Of a stretch of 64,000 bases of DNA, positions 13,591 to 27,798 are shown piece after piece. The position numbers and the translations under genes are program-made. The notes beneath the pieces are model-generated. The model saw only the letters and a program-made list of their open reading frames with translations, made no database searches and had not been told where the DNA came from. Position 1 is the stretch's first letter, and each line of letters starts with the position of its first letter. Source of the DNA: Vicugna vicugna (Eukaryota); the NCBI GenBank assembly GCA_013265495.1, contig MU058039.1, positions 436,591-500,590 of the forward strand, in the 5' to 3' direction.

Positions 13591-15204
13591 AGTACAAAGA
13601 CCTTATTATGAATAACATGGCATTTGTTTACCAAAAGATATCATCTCAAGCCACTGTCCCCTTTGCCCCAGTCACAGTCACCTCCTTTCAGTTCCCAGAA
13701 TATGTTACAATCTTTTCATTGCTTAGAGCTTTTTACTGGTTATTTAATCTCCCAGGAATGCTGACCTGGGTTCTCCAAATGGTTGGGTTCCTTTCATCTT
13801 TAGGTTTCATGATAAAAATCAGAAAAACTATCTGTGCTGACTTCATCTAATTTATATCATTTATTTTCTATCCCAGTAACACCCTTGCTTCTGAACAGTT
13901 TTCAACTTCTGTTGTTATATATTCCTTAATTTTCGTCTCTTTATTTTCTTACATTAAACTTCACCAAAGACAGAAACAATCTTTCACTTATCACTGAATA
14001 ACAAACCCAGTGTAGTAAACTGTTTATTAAATTCCCATAATTAGTTAACAGTAAAAATGTGTACTGTTGCCTTGCCTCTAATCTTATACCTTATTAAATA
14101 TTCTTTTTTATCACTTCCTATAGAAATGGGAAACAAAAGCACATCTAGGCTATCTCAATCAAGTATGTAAATGGAAAATTTCTTTACACCTGATCATCTT
14201 TCCAATTGCTATCTTTCTCTCTCCAATTACTCTACTTTTGTGTGCAGGTATCTCCACTTCAGCTCATTTTCTGCTTTGCATAGTTGAGTGAACTCTGCTT
14301 TCACAATCAAGGTAGTGAAGGGATCTATTTATTTATCCCCATTTGAGTTTATATAACTATACACATTTATGTTACAAATACTCAACCTGTTTTGTTCCTT
14401 TATACTCTTTTCTATATTCTCCCTAAAGTCTTCATAGCCAATGCCATTTGGGTACTTCCTACAAAGCATATTAGTAACTTTTCAGGCACAGCAACAGGTT
14501 GATAAAATAGTAACATGCTAATAAAATTCTAAGCAAAGATGTGTTTTTCTTGAAATTTTTGAAATAGGAGTTCAATACTTTTCAAAAAGGAAAAGGTATT
14601 CTTTAAAAGTCAACAATATAGTCCCCAATTTAAAAAAAACTACAACATAGCAACATCATTTTTAATATGCTCAAACTGGAAAGAATCCAAGTGTGCATCA
14701 ACAGAAGAATGGCTAAGTAAATGACAATATACTAATACAACACAGTAAGACCAGTGAGAAACAATAATCTACACACATAGCAACATGGATGACCCGCACA
14801 AACATAATGGTGAGTAAACAAAACCAACCATAAAAGAATACATACTATATTATTTCATTTTTATAAAGTTCAAAAAGAGTAAAATTAATCTATGGACTTC
14901 TTAAAAGTCAGGCTAGTAGTTAACTTTGGCAGGGAGGAATGACTGGAAAAAGTTAGGAGGGAGCTGACATCCTAGTAAAGATCTATTTCTCAATCAGTGT
15001 GCTGATTAGATGGGTGTAATCACTTTGTGAAAATTCAGTGAGCTGCACATTATGATTTCTGTATTTTTCTGTATCTGTTTATACTTCATTAAGTTTATTT
15101 CAAAAAGGATATATTAAGAAGACATTAAAAGGCAACGATTCAAATAGTGTGGATAATTTGTGAACAGAGACAAATCAACGGCACAGAAAATACTATGAAA
15201 TCTG

Positions 15205-15325
15205 TGTCTTCCTCCTTCCCTCTCTCCTCCATCTGTCTCTTCCTCTCTTCCTTAGTTCCTCTCTTTCCTGGTCTCTCCCTCCCCTCTGTCTCTGTCTCTC
15301 TCTTCCTGTCTATCTCTATCTCCTC
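15205..15325. repeat. CT-rich low-complexity tract
   Basis: tcttcctccttccctctctcc..tctgtctctctcttcctgtctatctctatctcc. Confidence 0.8.
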
Positions 15326-15841
15326 ATTCAAGAAAGAAATGTAAAGCTATGGCAATTTTATAAACATTTTTGGGAAAAAAATAATTTAAGCCCTCATTAA
15401 GACAAATCAGACATAAATGATATATAAAATGGAAGGTAATTAGCTAGTAGCAACAGTGTAAATAAGTAGGCAGCTTACAAAGGTATGACAACTATTATTA
15501 AGGTGTTAATTTCAAAAGATTTATTTGCAAATTAAAAATTAAAAACCAGTGATGTAAAGGAAAGCTGTAGTCAAAATCAAAATCAGAGGCCCAAACATTT
15601 GTAAGAAAAATGAGAAAGCATACACAGCATAAAAGCCCATACAAACTGGTATAAGAAACACTGAACAACAGAAAAAGTAATGAAATAAAAGAAGTGAGCA
15701 ATGAACAAAAGAATAAACAAACTTAGGGCAAAATGTCCAAATTCACTCATAAAAAATGAAGTACAAGTTATAAAACTTATCCTATAAAATTTGAAGATTT
15801 TAATTTAAAGAACAAACAAGACATTCCAGGTGTTTAAAAAA

Positions 15842-15967
15842 GGCGGGGAGAGGGGGTTAGCTCAAGTGGTAGAGAGCATGCTTGACATGCATGAGGTCCC
15901 AGGTTCCAGCCCCAGCACCTCCTCTAAATAGAAATAAATGAATAAACCTAATTACCACCCCCCCAAA
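15842..15967 (+). mobile_element. Vic-1-like SINE
   Basis: ggggagagggggttagctcaagtggtagagagcatgcttgacatgcatgaggtcccaggttcc..aataaacctaattacc. Confidence 0.88.
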
Positions 15968-16057
15968 TTTCCAGTGTTGATACAGTGAAACTGAGACTCT
16001 TCTATACGGCTTCCCACCTAAGCAACATGCCAGATTAAGACCTTGGTATACAAAGTG

Positions 16058-16186
16058 GGTATATATACCTTGTATAGCTCAAGTGGTAGAGCACATGCTT
16101 AGCATGCACAAGGTCCTGGGTTCAATCCTCAGCACTCTAAAAATAAATAAACCTAATTACCCGAGCCAAAAAAAAAAAAAAAAAAG
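16058..16186 (+). mobile_element. Vic-1-like SINE
   Basis: gtatagctcaagtggtagagcacatgcttagcatgcacaaggtcctgggttcaatcc..cctaattacc plus long A tail. Confidence 0.9.
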
Positions 16187-16231
16187 ACTTGGCATATTGA
16201 ACATTCCCATCTAGGAGACTACTCTATAGTA

Positions 16232-16449
16232 CAGCTGACCCTTGAACATGAGGATTAGAAGAGCCAATACCCTCTCCCCAATACTGAAAATCCACGTATA
16301 ACTTTCCAGTTGGCCCTCCATATATGCAGTTCTGCATCCAGAGATTCAATCAACCTCGGATCATGTAGAACTGTAGTATGTATTTATTTTTTAAAACCCA
16401 TGTATAAATGGACCCACAGCTTAAACCCATGTTGTTCAAGGGTCAACTG
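16232..16449. mobile_element. Tigger2-derived MITE
   Basis: Terminal inverted repeat cagctgacccttgaaca / tgttcaagggtcaactg flanked by TA on both sides. Confidence 0.85.
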
Positions 16450-19170
16450 TATAAACAAGTGAACTGTAATCTTATGATTTATGTAAAAAATCAGCCATGG
16501 TTGTTCCCAGATTGGTTTATCGACAGTTCTTTTCCTTGCAAGACAACCATTTCTATTTATGAAAACTAAGTTCAATGCTTTGGAAGTTCTGGCTATACAT
16601 GCACATTGCATTGTTGTCAAAGGCATGAGTGAGATACTAGTAAAGATTGATGGGAAACATAAAAATTCATGAAGGATTCTGCAAGTAGACTGCTTTACAA
16701 GTATCTAGGTTCTTGGTCTACTTTAAATAAAAAGAAACTGAAATAATAGCTAAGCAATATACATGTGATTTAATCAAGAAACACTGGCTAGACCTACTCT
16801 GAAACAAAAGGCCACACTAAACACCAAAAGATTGGCCTAGGCAGGAAATTTTAATGTTCTAACTTTAAAGATTCTCTCTTAACGTATGATACTAGCTGTA
16901 TTCTATTGAATCAAAGGGCTTTATGCTAATGTGAATAATGCTAATAAGATGAATAATACTAACATGAATTAGCCCATCTTAGAGCAATGTAAAAGGAGAA
17001 ATGTTATTTCCATTTTCAGGATATCGGCTTTACTTAAAAAGACAATAAGGAGCAAATTACCTGGTCACAAAGTTAATCTGTTTCCTAAGATATGATACCT
17101 TCGATATACAAGATGATACGGATACAGAGTATTTATGACAGAGGCGGTTTAGTCACATTAACACCAGGGTTAATGTATCAAAAGATCTGTTAAGTGTTAA
17201 AACTCTGTAACACAGAATTATACTTGTGTGAATCAAAACTGATCAAATACTGAATAATCCATACTGAATTCCAAATAATTCTCACATTCTGCTGATAATT
17301 TTCCTGCTTACTTTCATCAAGGAATCAGAACTGAAAGAAAAATGTTATTCTCCCCTCAGTATGTTATACAACCATCCTTATCATATGCATTGGTTTTCTT
17401 TCATATATTCGCTCTTAGTCCTTCCCTTTTACTGAAGGTCATTGCTTACAAACTATCCTCTGTCTCTCTACTCCATCAATCTTAATCTTCCTCTTTGCAA
17501 TCATTCCCTTCAGCCTACAAATATATTCTAATACCTCACATCGTAAGATAGTTTCCCTGTACCCTACGTGTCTGCTTTTATTCCTCCAAAAAGTTATATA
17601 TATATTTTCACTAATGCCTCACCTCTTTCTTTTCCTTGTCTCCTAATAACTTTAAAAGAAAACAAAATTTTATTACAGAGCATTTCTAACATGCACAAAA
17701 GTAGAACAGTAATAATAAATGTCCATGTACCTATGAACCAGCCTCAACGACCATCAACCAAGCCCAATGCTGGCCTCTGCAGACCCTAATCCACTCTCCT
17801 CACAGTTTTTGAAGCAAATCCCATACATTATTTTTTGTAATCACTTCAGTATTTATCTCTAAAAGTATTTAAAAGTTAACCATAATACCATTATCCAGAC
17901 CTGAAAAAAATGAACAATAATTCTTCAAGAATATCAAAAATCAGTGTTCACACTTCCAGCTATCTCACACATAAAATTTTAAACAATTTAAAAACAATAA
18001 TAATTGATCTAAACAAAGTCTATAATGTACAAGTGGTAGACACGTCTTCTACATGTCTAAAACCTATAGAGTCTCCTACTATTTTTTGACTTCCACCTTA
18101 TAATTTCTTGAATAACTGTTTTTGACCATATAGCATTTTTCATACTCTGAATTTTGCTGACTACATTTCCAAGGTATAGTAGAACATGTTCCTCTTTCTC
18201 CAATAAACTGGTAGCTGGCTTTAGAAGCCCCATCAGACTTAGGCCCAATTTTGTTGGCAGTTACCTCCTACTGTATGTCTGATCGTCTCTATTTCTGTGA
18301 TGCTATCGGCACTGATGTTCAGTGCCTAGATCCAGTAGCTCACTGTGGGTTCCAAAATGGTAATCCTCTGTATCATTCTTCATTTATTCACTGAATACTT
18401 TTATTAAGAAAAATACCACCCCATCTACTTCCTATTGGGACAGTTCTTACAAGGAAGGCAGGATAAACGCTTCTTTTGCTTTAAATGTAAGCTTTCCAAC
18501 TAAGTTAGTTCTCTAGTAGTTTCCAACGGTGAACAATCTACTGTTAGCATCATTATGAATTTACAGAATTAAGAATGTTTTATGTGCTGCAATACATTGC
18601 AGTTATGTATATATGTGCTCAAATTATTCCATCTTTGACGCACTGGAGCCTCTTCCATCTAGCTCCTCTTCCCTGACCACCCTATCTAAAATTACCCCAT
18701 TCACCCATCATAATCCTCCATATTCTTATCCTACTCACTTTTCTTCATAATACTTAAATCACTTCACAATACTTAGTAATCCATTCGTTTATTTGTTACT
18801 ATTTGTTTATTGTATGATTTCCCTACTACAGTGTAAACTCCATGAAAAGAGGGTGAAGAAGAAATAAATACACAAAAGGCAAAATACAAAAGATGAGCTA
18901 GAAAGGAATTAGATTCAAAGTACAGGTAAAATGTGGTCATTGGGGAAGAAAGCCTTCCCTCATGGAAATGAGAAGGAAACACAAGAGTGAAGAAACAAGT
19001 GGCAAGTGGAAGTACAGATGAAATTTCTTTGGTGTTTCATGACAAGATCTAAGTTTTCTTCCCAAGTTTCAGGTCCTTCCTCTAAAACCAACATCTCAGG
19101 GGTGTGTTTCCTTCCCCGCAGCAGGGACATGCCATGTCATAACAGCTTACCTTGCCCTGATTAGCACTTA

Positions 19171-19371
<201 letters not shown>

Positions 19372-19464
19372 TCAGGATCACAAGGATTCACAAGAACAGA
19401 GAGGTAAGAATATTGTCTTATTTTAATTGCCAACTCATACAGGCTCTGTCTCTTGAGGAAGTAA

Positions 19465-19645
19465 TCATTGAGAGCACTGATTTAAACCCTGCCTCTCTGT
19501 CACCTGAGTCACTATGGCTTTAGCTCTCTCAGTGGGAAGAAAGGAAAAATAATGTATACCCATAGGATTGTTGAGGTTTGACTTAAACAAAGTGCTTGGA
19601 TGAGTGCCAGGTACACAGTAGGCACTATACATGTTTACTGGGTAC
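19465..19645. mobile_element. MIR fragment
   Basis: ataggattgttgaggtttgac..aaagtgcttgga..gtgccaggtacacagtaggcact is the MIR core. Confidence 0.65.
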
Positions 19646-20157
19646 AATTTTTGCTATTTATATTTTGCTAAGAGGAAAATAATTAGTTTGTCAGTATATT
19701 CATCCAGTGTTAAATGCAAAGTTCATATATTTTAAACTCGTAATCATAAATCAATTAAAAAATAATATATCTGTTCTATTAAACTGAATGTGTCCATTCG
19801 AGTTTTAACAAACTGTTGATTTATCACAGTAACATGCACACTGAATAAGCTCTGTCTTTCTACTCACATTGAAGGTTAAGTTAATAGATAATAGACCATC
19901 CATAGCAGAATGAAACCAGATTTCTTTGAAAATGGTTTTGTCTGAGTGTGAAAGAATTTATATCAAACTGTCATTAAAAAGAAGCAATTACAGAAAAGGC
20001 AAAGGAAAATGTAAAGGTCACTGAATTTTGGGGGAAATTAAAAGTGCTATTTAATAGTTTAGTAGCTGAAGATGTCTATTCCCAAACTATATAACAGATA
20101 CTCAGCTAGTTTTTAGAAAGATAACCCTGAAATTTAGTTGTGTGAATTTATAAATTA

Positions 20158-20325
<168 letters not shown>

Positions 20326-20589
20326 TTATTTGTAAAATTATTTCTGTAAAGGCCAATATTTAGGCTTTGCATACCCTTCCCCTTTCTCTTCTTTTTTTAA
20401 ACAATACTTTCAAAAAGTAATTAATTCATAGGCTGTACAGAAACAGACCATAGGTTGAGTATGGGTCACAAGCTGTAGTTTGCCCAACACTGCTATAGAC
20501 AAAACTTCCTATATACTATAGGATACCTAATTTTACTTATTTCTAGATATGTTTGGGGAATTTGAGTTTCACTAAATCGTTAACAATAT

Positions 20590-22045
20590 TTTCTTAGGCC
20601 ATTCTCCCAAAGCAAAAGAAACAAAAGCAAAAATAAACAAATAGGACCTAATCAAACTTAAAAGCTTTTGCACAGCAAAGGAAACCATCAACAGAACGAA
20701 GATAGCCTACAAATGGGAGAAAATATCTGCAAATGATGCAGCCAACAAGAGATTAATATCCAAAATATACAAACAGCTCATACAACTCAATACCGAAGAA
20801 ATAAACAATCCAATCAAAAAATGGGCAGAAGATCTAAATACACATTTCTCCAAAGAGGATACACAGATGGCTAACAAGCACATGAAAAGATGCTCAACAT
20901 CACTAATTATTAGAGATGTGCAATTCAAAACTACAATGCAGTTATCACCTCCCACCAGACAGAATGGCTGTCTTCAAAAAGTCTACAAATCATAAGTGCT
21001 GGAGAGGGTGTAGAGAACAGGGAACCCTCCTACACAGTTGGTGGGAATGTAAAGTGGTGCAGCCACTACAGAAACCAGTATGGAGGTTCCTTAAAAAACT
21101 AAAAATAGAGCTACCATATGTACCAGAAATCCCACTCCTGGATATATATCTGGAGAAAATGAAAACTCCAATAATTGAAAAGATACATGCACCCCAATGT
21201 TCACAGCAGCACTATTTACAATAGCCAAGACAGAGAAACAACTCAAGTGGCCATCACAGGAGATTGGCTTAAGATGTGGTAATATATATACAATGGAATA
21301 TTATTCAGTCATAAAAGACTGAAATATGACCATTTGCAGCAACATAGATGGATCTAGAGAATATCATACTAAGTGAAGTAAGTCAGAGAAATACAAATCC
21401 TATATGATATCACTAGTATGTGGAATCTAAAAAAATAATACAAATGAATCTATACACAAAACAGAAACAGACTCACAGACATAGAAAATGAACTTATGGT
21501 TACAGGGTGGGGGGAGAGGGGTGGGAAGAGATAAATTGGGAGTTCAAGATTTGCAGATACTAATATACATAAAATAGATAAATAACAAGTTCATATTGTA
21601 TAGCACAGGAAACTATATTCAGTATCTTGTAGTAACTTACAGTGAAAAAGAGTACGAAAACAAATATATGTATGTTCATGTATGATGAAGCATTATGCTG
21701 TACACCAGAAATTGACATATTGTAAACTGACTATACTTCAATAAAAAAAAAAAGTATACAAAAAAAAGAAAAAAGAAAAGGAAACAAACTTAGTTACTAA
21801 AGGGGGCGGTAAGGAGGGACAAATTACAAATATTAACAGATTAGGATTAACAGATACAAATTACTGTACATAAAATAGGTAAGTAGCAAGGATTTACTAT
21901 ATAGCACAAGAAATTATATTCAAGATCTTGTAGCAAAAAAAAAATCTTGTAGTAACCTATAATGGAATATAATTTGAAAAAAAACTGAATCACTTTGTTG
22001 TACCCCTGAAACTAACACAATAATGTAAAGGAGAAAAAAAAAAGA
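20590..22045 (+). mobile_element. L1 ORF2 C-terminus and 3' UTR, with a second L1 3' fragment after the poly(A); antisense to ZFP30
   Basis: ORF2 C-terminal motifs ([38 protein letters not shown]); A tail at 21740-21785; second 3' UTR at 21785-22045. Confidence 0.92.
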
Positions 22046-22429
22046 ACTCCATAATTAATTGAAATAGTGTTCAAAACGCTACTGCTTGCATGGGCCTAAA
22101 AACATTCTCAATAAATGTGATTTACTCTAACCTCTATTCCTTTAAGGATTAGAAAAAAAATTAAAGATGGAATTTTTTCCCCAAATGAACCATAAAATCT
22201 GTTTTTAAAAAGTAGAGTTTGCATAAAATTAAAAAATTCTTCCAAGCTCATCACTATACGTATCATTAGCATTTTCCCTTATAACAAATCCTTATTAATA
22301 TTTAAACTTACAAAATAGTCCATTGCATAGATATGTTGGACTTAATAATGACTATATTTACATATTTCTATACTTTTAAACGTATCAAATTATATTTACA
22401 ATTTACACAAAATTTCTAAAGTTGTAATG

Positions 22430-22793
22430 TACGATATGCTACCTGAGACACCTGTGGTTACTAACCACTTGAATTGTGGCTAGTACAAATTTAGATGTGC
22501 TGTTAATATAAAATACACGCCAAATATTGAAGATTTTAGAAAGAAAAAAGAATGTAAAAATCTCAATAATTTTTATATTGATTACATTTTGAAATAATAT
22601 TTTGGCTATACTGGGTTAAATAAAACATTAAAATTAATTGCACGTTTCTTTTTACTTTTTAAAATGTGACTACTAAAATGTTTAAGATTATCCATGTGTC
22701 TTGCATATTATTCTCTACTTTTTATGAGACTGACATGAGGCCTACTGTGATAAGAAGACACTAATTTTGTATTTTTAATAGTGGACAGTGCTG
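22430..22793. mobile_element. MER33/Charlie-type hAT MITE
   Basis: cacttgaattgtggctagtac..gatgtgctgttaatataaaatacac..ttggctatactgggttaaataaaa..ggacagtgctg. Confidence 0.75.
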
Positions 22794-23117
22794 TTCTAAA
22801 ATGTTTTCTGGTCCTGAGAGCCTAATATCAGTCATTTCCCTCTAGAGACTTCATTCCCGCTTTATCTCTGCTCTATGCAAAGACTAACACACAGGAGACA
22901 TTGAATAATTTGGTCAATTCACATATGGACATGGATGGAGAAGAGGATGCACAGGAACGGCCACGCTGTCTGGCTCTGTCCTTCACTAGAATGGGAGCAA
23001 CTAGGAAGAAGCTATGGGGCAGGGTTCTGTTAGGAAGTTTCAGGACAACTAATGACAACGTTCACATAACCTGAAAACAAATTATAGCATTTCAAATACA
23101 GAGAAACATCAACTTAC

Positions 23118-23202
23118 ATGAGCCATGATTTCAGAGTTGCAAGAACTGTCAGTTTTCCTCAAGGGTCATTTACTGGAGCAGCAGACTCCACAGAAGCCAG
23201 AA
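23118..23202 (-). CDS. ZFP30: ZFP30 start-codon exon (5' UTR plus ATG GCT CAT, coding 23118-23126)
   Basis: Acceptor ctcttcccccAG at 23204-23203; aatcATGGCTCAT|GTAAGT; phase 0 joins the KRAB-A exon ([11 protein letters not shown]). Confidence 0.9.
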
Positions 23203-23559
23203 CTGGGGGAAGAGCACGAAGTCATGAGGACAAAATTACCTCAGAGTCCCCAGATTTTAAAAACCACACCACTTCTCCATTCCTACATGCAACATCCCTC
23301 CACCCCACAACACACAGACAAGTTATGAGAGGTAAGAGGTAGTTTAGACAAATACATGTCCTCCCCTAAACCACAAGAAAATCATTGCACAAGGACAGAC
23401 ACAGAGCAGACTCTCCTACACAGAAACACATGTCCAGACATCTAGCAGACATTTCAGCCCCCCCACCACAGGGAGGCTGATCTGGCCCTAAGAGGCTATC
23501 CAGATCTGTCCTGTGCAGATTCATCTCCCCCAATTCCCACCTTTCCAACTGAGAAGTGG

Positions 23560-23990
23560 TTATACCATCTAAACCAGAACTTCCTTGAGACACAAGAATC
23601 TGGCTTGCCTCCCTAACCCTGAACATAGGAAATAGTATAGACAAGAATTTCCCAAACATTGCCACACACTGGAATCATCAGCAGATCTTTAAAATATTCT
23701 GATGCCTAAAATCCCCCAAACATTCTGATTTAATTAGCATACAGCATGACCCGGGAATCAGGATTTTTAAACCTCTCCCCAGGTGATCGTAATAGGCAAG
23801 TCTGGTAATCAAACTTTTCTATCCATCAGAATCACACCTGGAAGGCTTATTACAATTCAGTTTGCAGGGCCCTACTCCTAAAGTTTGGCATTTACTAGGT
23901 TTGGGGTTGGACTTGAGAATTTGCTTTTGAAAATGTTCTCAGGTGATGCTGATGCTGCTGGTCCAAATGCGACAATTGGAGAACCACCTG
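23560..23990. mobile_element. MER5-family MITEs (adjacent copies)
   Basis: ctggaatcatcagcagatctttaaaata..ctccccaggtgat; catcagaatcacacctggaaggctt..ctcaggtgatgctgatgctgctggtcc..gagaaccac. Confidence 0.7.
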
Positions 23991-25225
23991 CACATACCAT
24001 GCCTAGCAGTCTTTATAATAGCAAAACTGTGCTTGTACACTGGGACCCCTTCCTCCAGGCTGAACTATCCTTCCCAGAATCCTCAGAGCTCACTGTTCAT
24101 CATTTTTTAGTTAAGAATCATCAATACTGCCTACATGGCCTCATTTACCAACCCAATTCTCTTGGTATCCAGGCTTGGGAAAGGTCAATTTGTAAAATCT
24201 GAGCACGGATAATTCTCTAGAAAGTAGGAATAACCCACTAGTTAAAACTCACTAGTAACTAAGGAGATACATTTAAAGAAATTGGATTAGCAGATTTAAA
24301 AAACTGATGATACCTCATATTACTAAGGCTGTGGGGAAATGGACACTCCAGGTATGATGCAGAAAGAACGAAATGATTTGTGGAAAATGTTCATAATAGG
24401 ACAAATAAAGCCAGAAAGAATGTAAATATCCTTCATCAAGGTTAAATAAATTATCATGCATTCAAACAACAGAAAAGTAAACACTCACTAAAAATAAAGG
24501 TAAAATTCTTATTTGATGTCATGGAAAGATGGTCACTACATATTGCTGGGAGGAAAACATAGGTTAGAACATAGTATTGTAATGAGATTCTGTTTTTGGC
24601 AGGAAAACTACATAGACAAATATATGCATGTGCATAAAAGAGTCTGAATGGGCTTGGAATAAAGTTTTATTGTGTTACCGCTACTGGATGGTATCCCAGG
24701 TGTTCTTTAGTTTGATCTTCTCTGGCGTCTCCTAATTTTTTAATCAAAAACTTATTTGTATCACTTACACCTGTACATAAATTAAAAACAGCTCTGCAAG
24801 GAATACCACAAAAAGCCCCAACAATTCCATCCCTGCTACCTTTTCCCCCACCCTCCAAATCAAGAGTCAATAATTTACACTTCTTTTAGCTATTCCTTTT
24901 GGTATTTTGACACCATATATTCAAATAACATGCTAATATTGCTACTTCTGAATTTTCAGTTGTAATCATTATCTAGTGACTTCCTACTATGGAAGGCATA
25001 GTTTTAGCTAACTTTTATCCACCCATCTTCCACCTCACATGTGCATAGTTGCATCTCCCTATCCTTCCAATGTGGTTTTGTTCTACTTCAGGGTAAATGG
25101 ATATTCAGTTTCTATTATTATAACTAGGTAAATACCATTACCAACTGAGTTATATAGTATAATCACATTATTTTGCCTTCCTTGCCTAGGTCTACTTCTA
25201 TGAGGTTAAAATAATTGTTTTTTGA

Positions 25226-25342
25226 GAGGGGAGGGTACAGCTCACTCACAGAGCACATGCTTAGCATGCACAAAGTCCTGGGCTCAATCCCCAGTACCTC
25301 CATTAATAAACAAGAAAACAAACCTAATTCCCCACCCCCAAT
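25226..25342 (+). mobile_element. Vic-1-like SINE
   Basis: ggggagggtacagctcac..gagcacatgcttagcatgcacaaagtcctgggctcaatccccagtacctcc. Confidence 0.88.
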
Positions 25343-27106
25343 TTTTTTTTAATTTTTTTTTTTTTTTTAGATTTTTAACCGATTAAAGTTAAATAGATCA
25401 ACAGATGGGGGAGAAAAATATCTTAATATTTCAATTCTGAGATTTTAAAACTAATTTTAAATTATAATTAAATCTGTCAATTTAATTGCCATTTCTACCT
25501 AAAGAATTATAAATACTTGGAAGATTTGTAAAACCAAAAGGGGATCACTGGGACTTCACCTTTCTCCATACATCCATGAGAGTATTACAAAATCAAGAGT
25601 ACTGAATTCCTCTCTTAAATTAAGAACTAGAGGTCTTGGTTTCTTTCAAATTTTCAGTTATTCCTATCCTATTCTGAAATAAAGCCATATATAAAACCAC
25701 AAATGCTATAAAAATATTTTGAGAAAATATGCTCTAAATATTAATAGTGATTATTTCTGGATGTTGGGACTATAAATAATTCTAATTTTCTTCTCTTTTG
25801 GGTTCCTCAGTTACTAAATATGTCACAAGCCTGCATTAACTCCATCATCAGAAATATGTTTTTACAAAAGCTATTCCCATGAAAAAGAATTTTTTAATGA
25901 GTTAGGGAGATAGGGTACCTTACAGTTATTAAGAAAATAGGCCTGCACAAGTGGTAACAACGGGGAAGTTAATGTGACTGAAAAAATAATTCTTACCAAC
26001 TCTTGAATATTGTATTTCATTAATACCCAGAGATCACAATGCTGGTTCATGATATTTCCAAAGTGATTAAGAGACAGTATGCACAGCAGAAAGAAAAAAA
26101 ATGCTTATTTCACAGCAGCTCCTCAATAACTTGCGTTAACCCCTCCTGCACTCCAATGAATAACCAGTTATTAAATCCTTGCAAAATATCTTATTAATTC
26201 TTACCTTAGTGTTCAGGATACATACGTAACAATTTCTTAAATTTTTTTATCGAGAACAAAAAATACTTCTCAACATTACATTATATACTTTTTTCTTATG
26301 ACTCTTCATAAACATAATCTTTATTATCGCATAACATTCCATCACATGGCTAGAGTATGAGTTACTCAACCATTTTCAAATTGCTAGATACTAATTTTTT
26401 AAGATTACCCCGAAAGTCACTCCCAGTTATTCCAGACTTGGATTCTAGACCAGTGAGAATCAATCCTGTTGGGTCTTAAACAACTGATCATATCATGAAA
26501 TGATAGACTTCCTCCTCCAAACTACCCACTGATAAATATACACAATACTTCTGTATATATCTTGAGATTTTTCTTGTCCTGAAAAACCCATGGACAGAGT
26601 CCAAAGATTTCATGTTAAGAATCCGTATTCTGATCCACTTAAGCATCTGATTCATCTTCCTGCTTGCAAGCATCCATCATAATTAACTCCATATTTTCAT
26701 TATTCTTGGGAACACAGTGAGTTAACAGGGAATGACTAAGAATCATCATTAATAGCTAGAGTTAATATTAATTAAGCACTCTTCCAATGTGCCAGGTAAT
26801 CATCTAAGGGCTTTAACAAATATTAAGGTAATCTTCAAAACAACCCTGTAAAATATATACTATTATAATTCCGATCTTACATATGAAGAAAGTGCAGCAC
26901 AGAAAGACTGCCCAAACTCACTCAGATTTAAGTGCAGTCAAGATTCAAATCCCCTTAATTTAGGTTCAAAATTCTTAACCACAACATACACCCCTCTCAG
27001 TCTATCCAAAGACATACCCTAAACAAACTCATGATCTGTATATTACAAATTTTCAGTTACAAGATAAATAAGTTCTGAAGACCTAATATACAGCATGGTT
27101 AGTATA

Positions 27107-27156
27107 GATGATGATGATGATGATGATGATGATAATGATAATAATAATAATAATAA
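27107..27156. repeat. (GAT)n(AAT)n microsatellite inside an L1 3' fragment
   Basis: gatgatgatgat..gataatgataataataataataataa. Confidence 0.9.
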
Positions 27157-27744
27157 ATTATATACTTTAAATTTCTGGAGAGTATACCTTAAGTATTCTT
27201 GTCAAGGGAGGTGATGGATATGTTAATTAGTCGATGTGGTAAGCATTCCATTCCACAATGTATACCTGTATCAAAATGTTCATTTGTCAAAAATAAACAA
27301 AATAAACTCATGCTGCCAAACCTCTAGCCACATTGGACTGGTCCCCCAAATTTCCACCAATGGATTCCCTTGGGGAAAAAAAAAATCCCCACTCATACTC
27401 TGGCATAATTAAAGCTGCCTAAAACCTTTAACAACTCCTTAACAAGTCACAACCGAAAACAAAGCATGAACATTAACCTCCAACAAGGCCATTTCCACCG
27501 TTAGAATCCTTAGGAAAAACTGATCACAGAGCAACTGAATCTATAGCACATGGTTAACTGTAGAACTGCATTAAGTGGGCACTAGAAAGTGGAATCTATA
27601 AATAAGGGAGGAAAATACTAAGGCCCAAATCAGTAAGTAGATCATTCCTTAGGCCAGACATTCCAAAGGAAGAAATTTAAAAAAAAAATCTCGGGTCCGA
27701 AAATCAAAGCATTTCACAGAAACAAAGAAGCAGCACAAACTCAC

Positions 27745-27798
27745 AAAGAACCTGGCTTTTGGAGGCGCAGCTGCGATTCGTTTCACTTCTTAGACCTT
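27745..27798 (-). other. ZFP30: Probable ZFP30 non-coding 5' UTR exon 2
   Basis: Acceptor gtttccttccccagccctgccggtctccacAG (27800-27799) and donor GTGAGT (27744). Confidence 0.55.
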
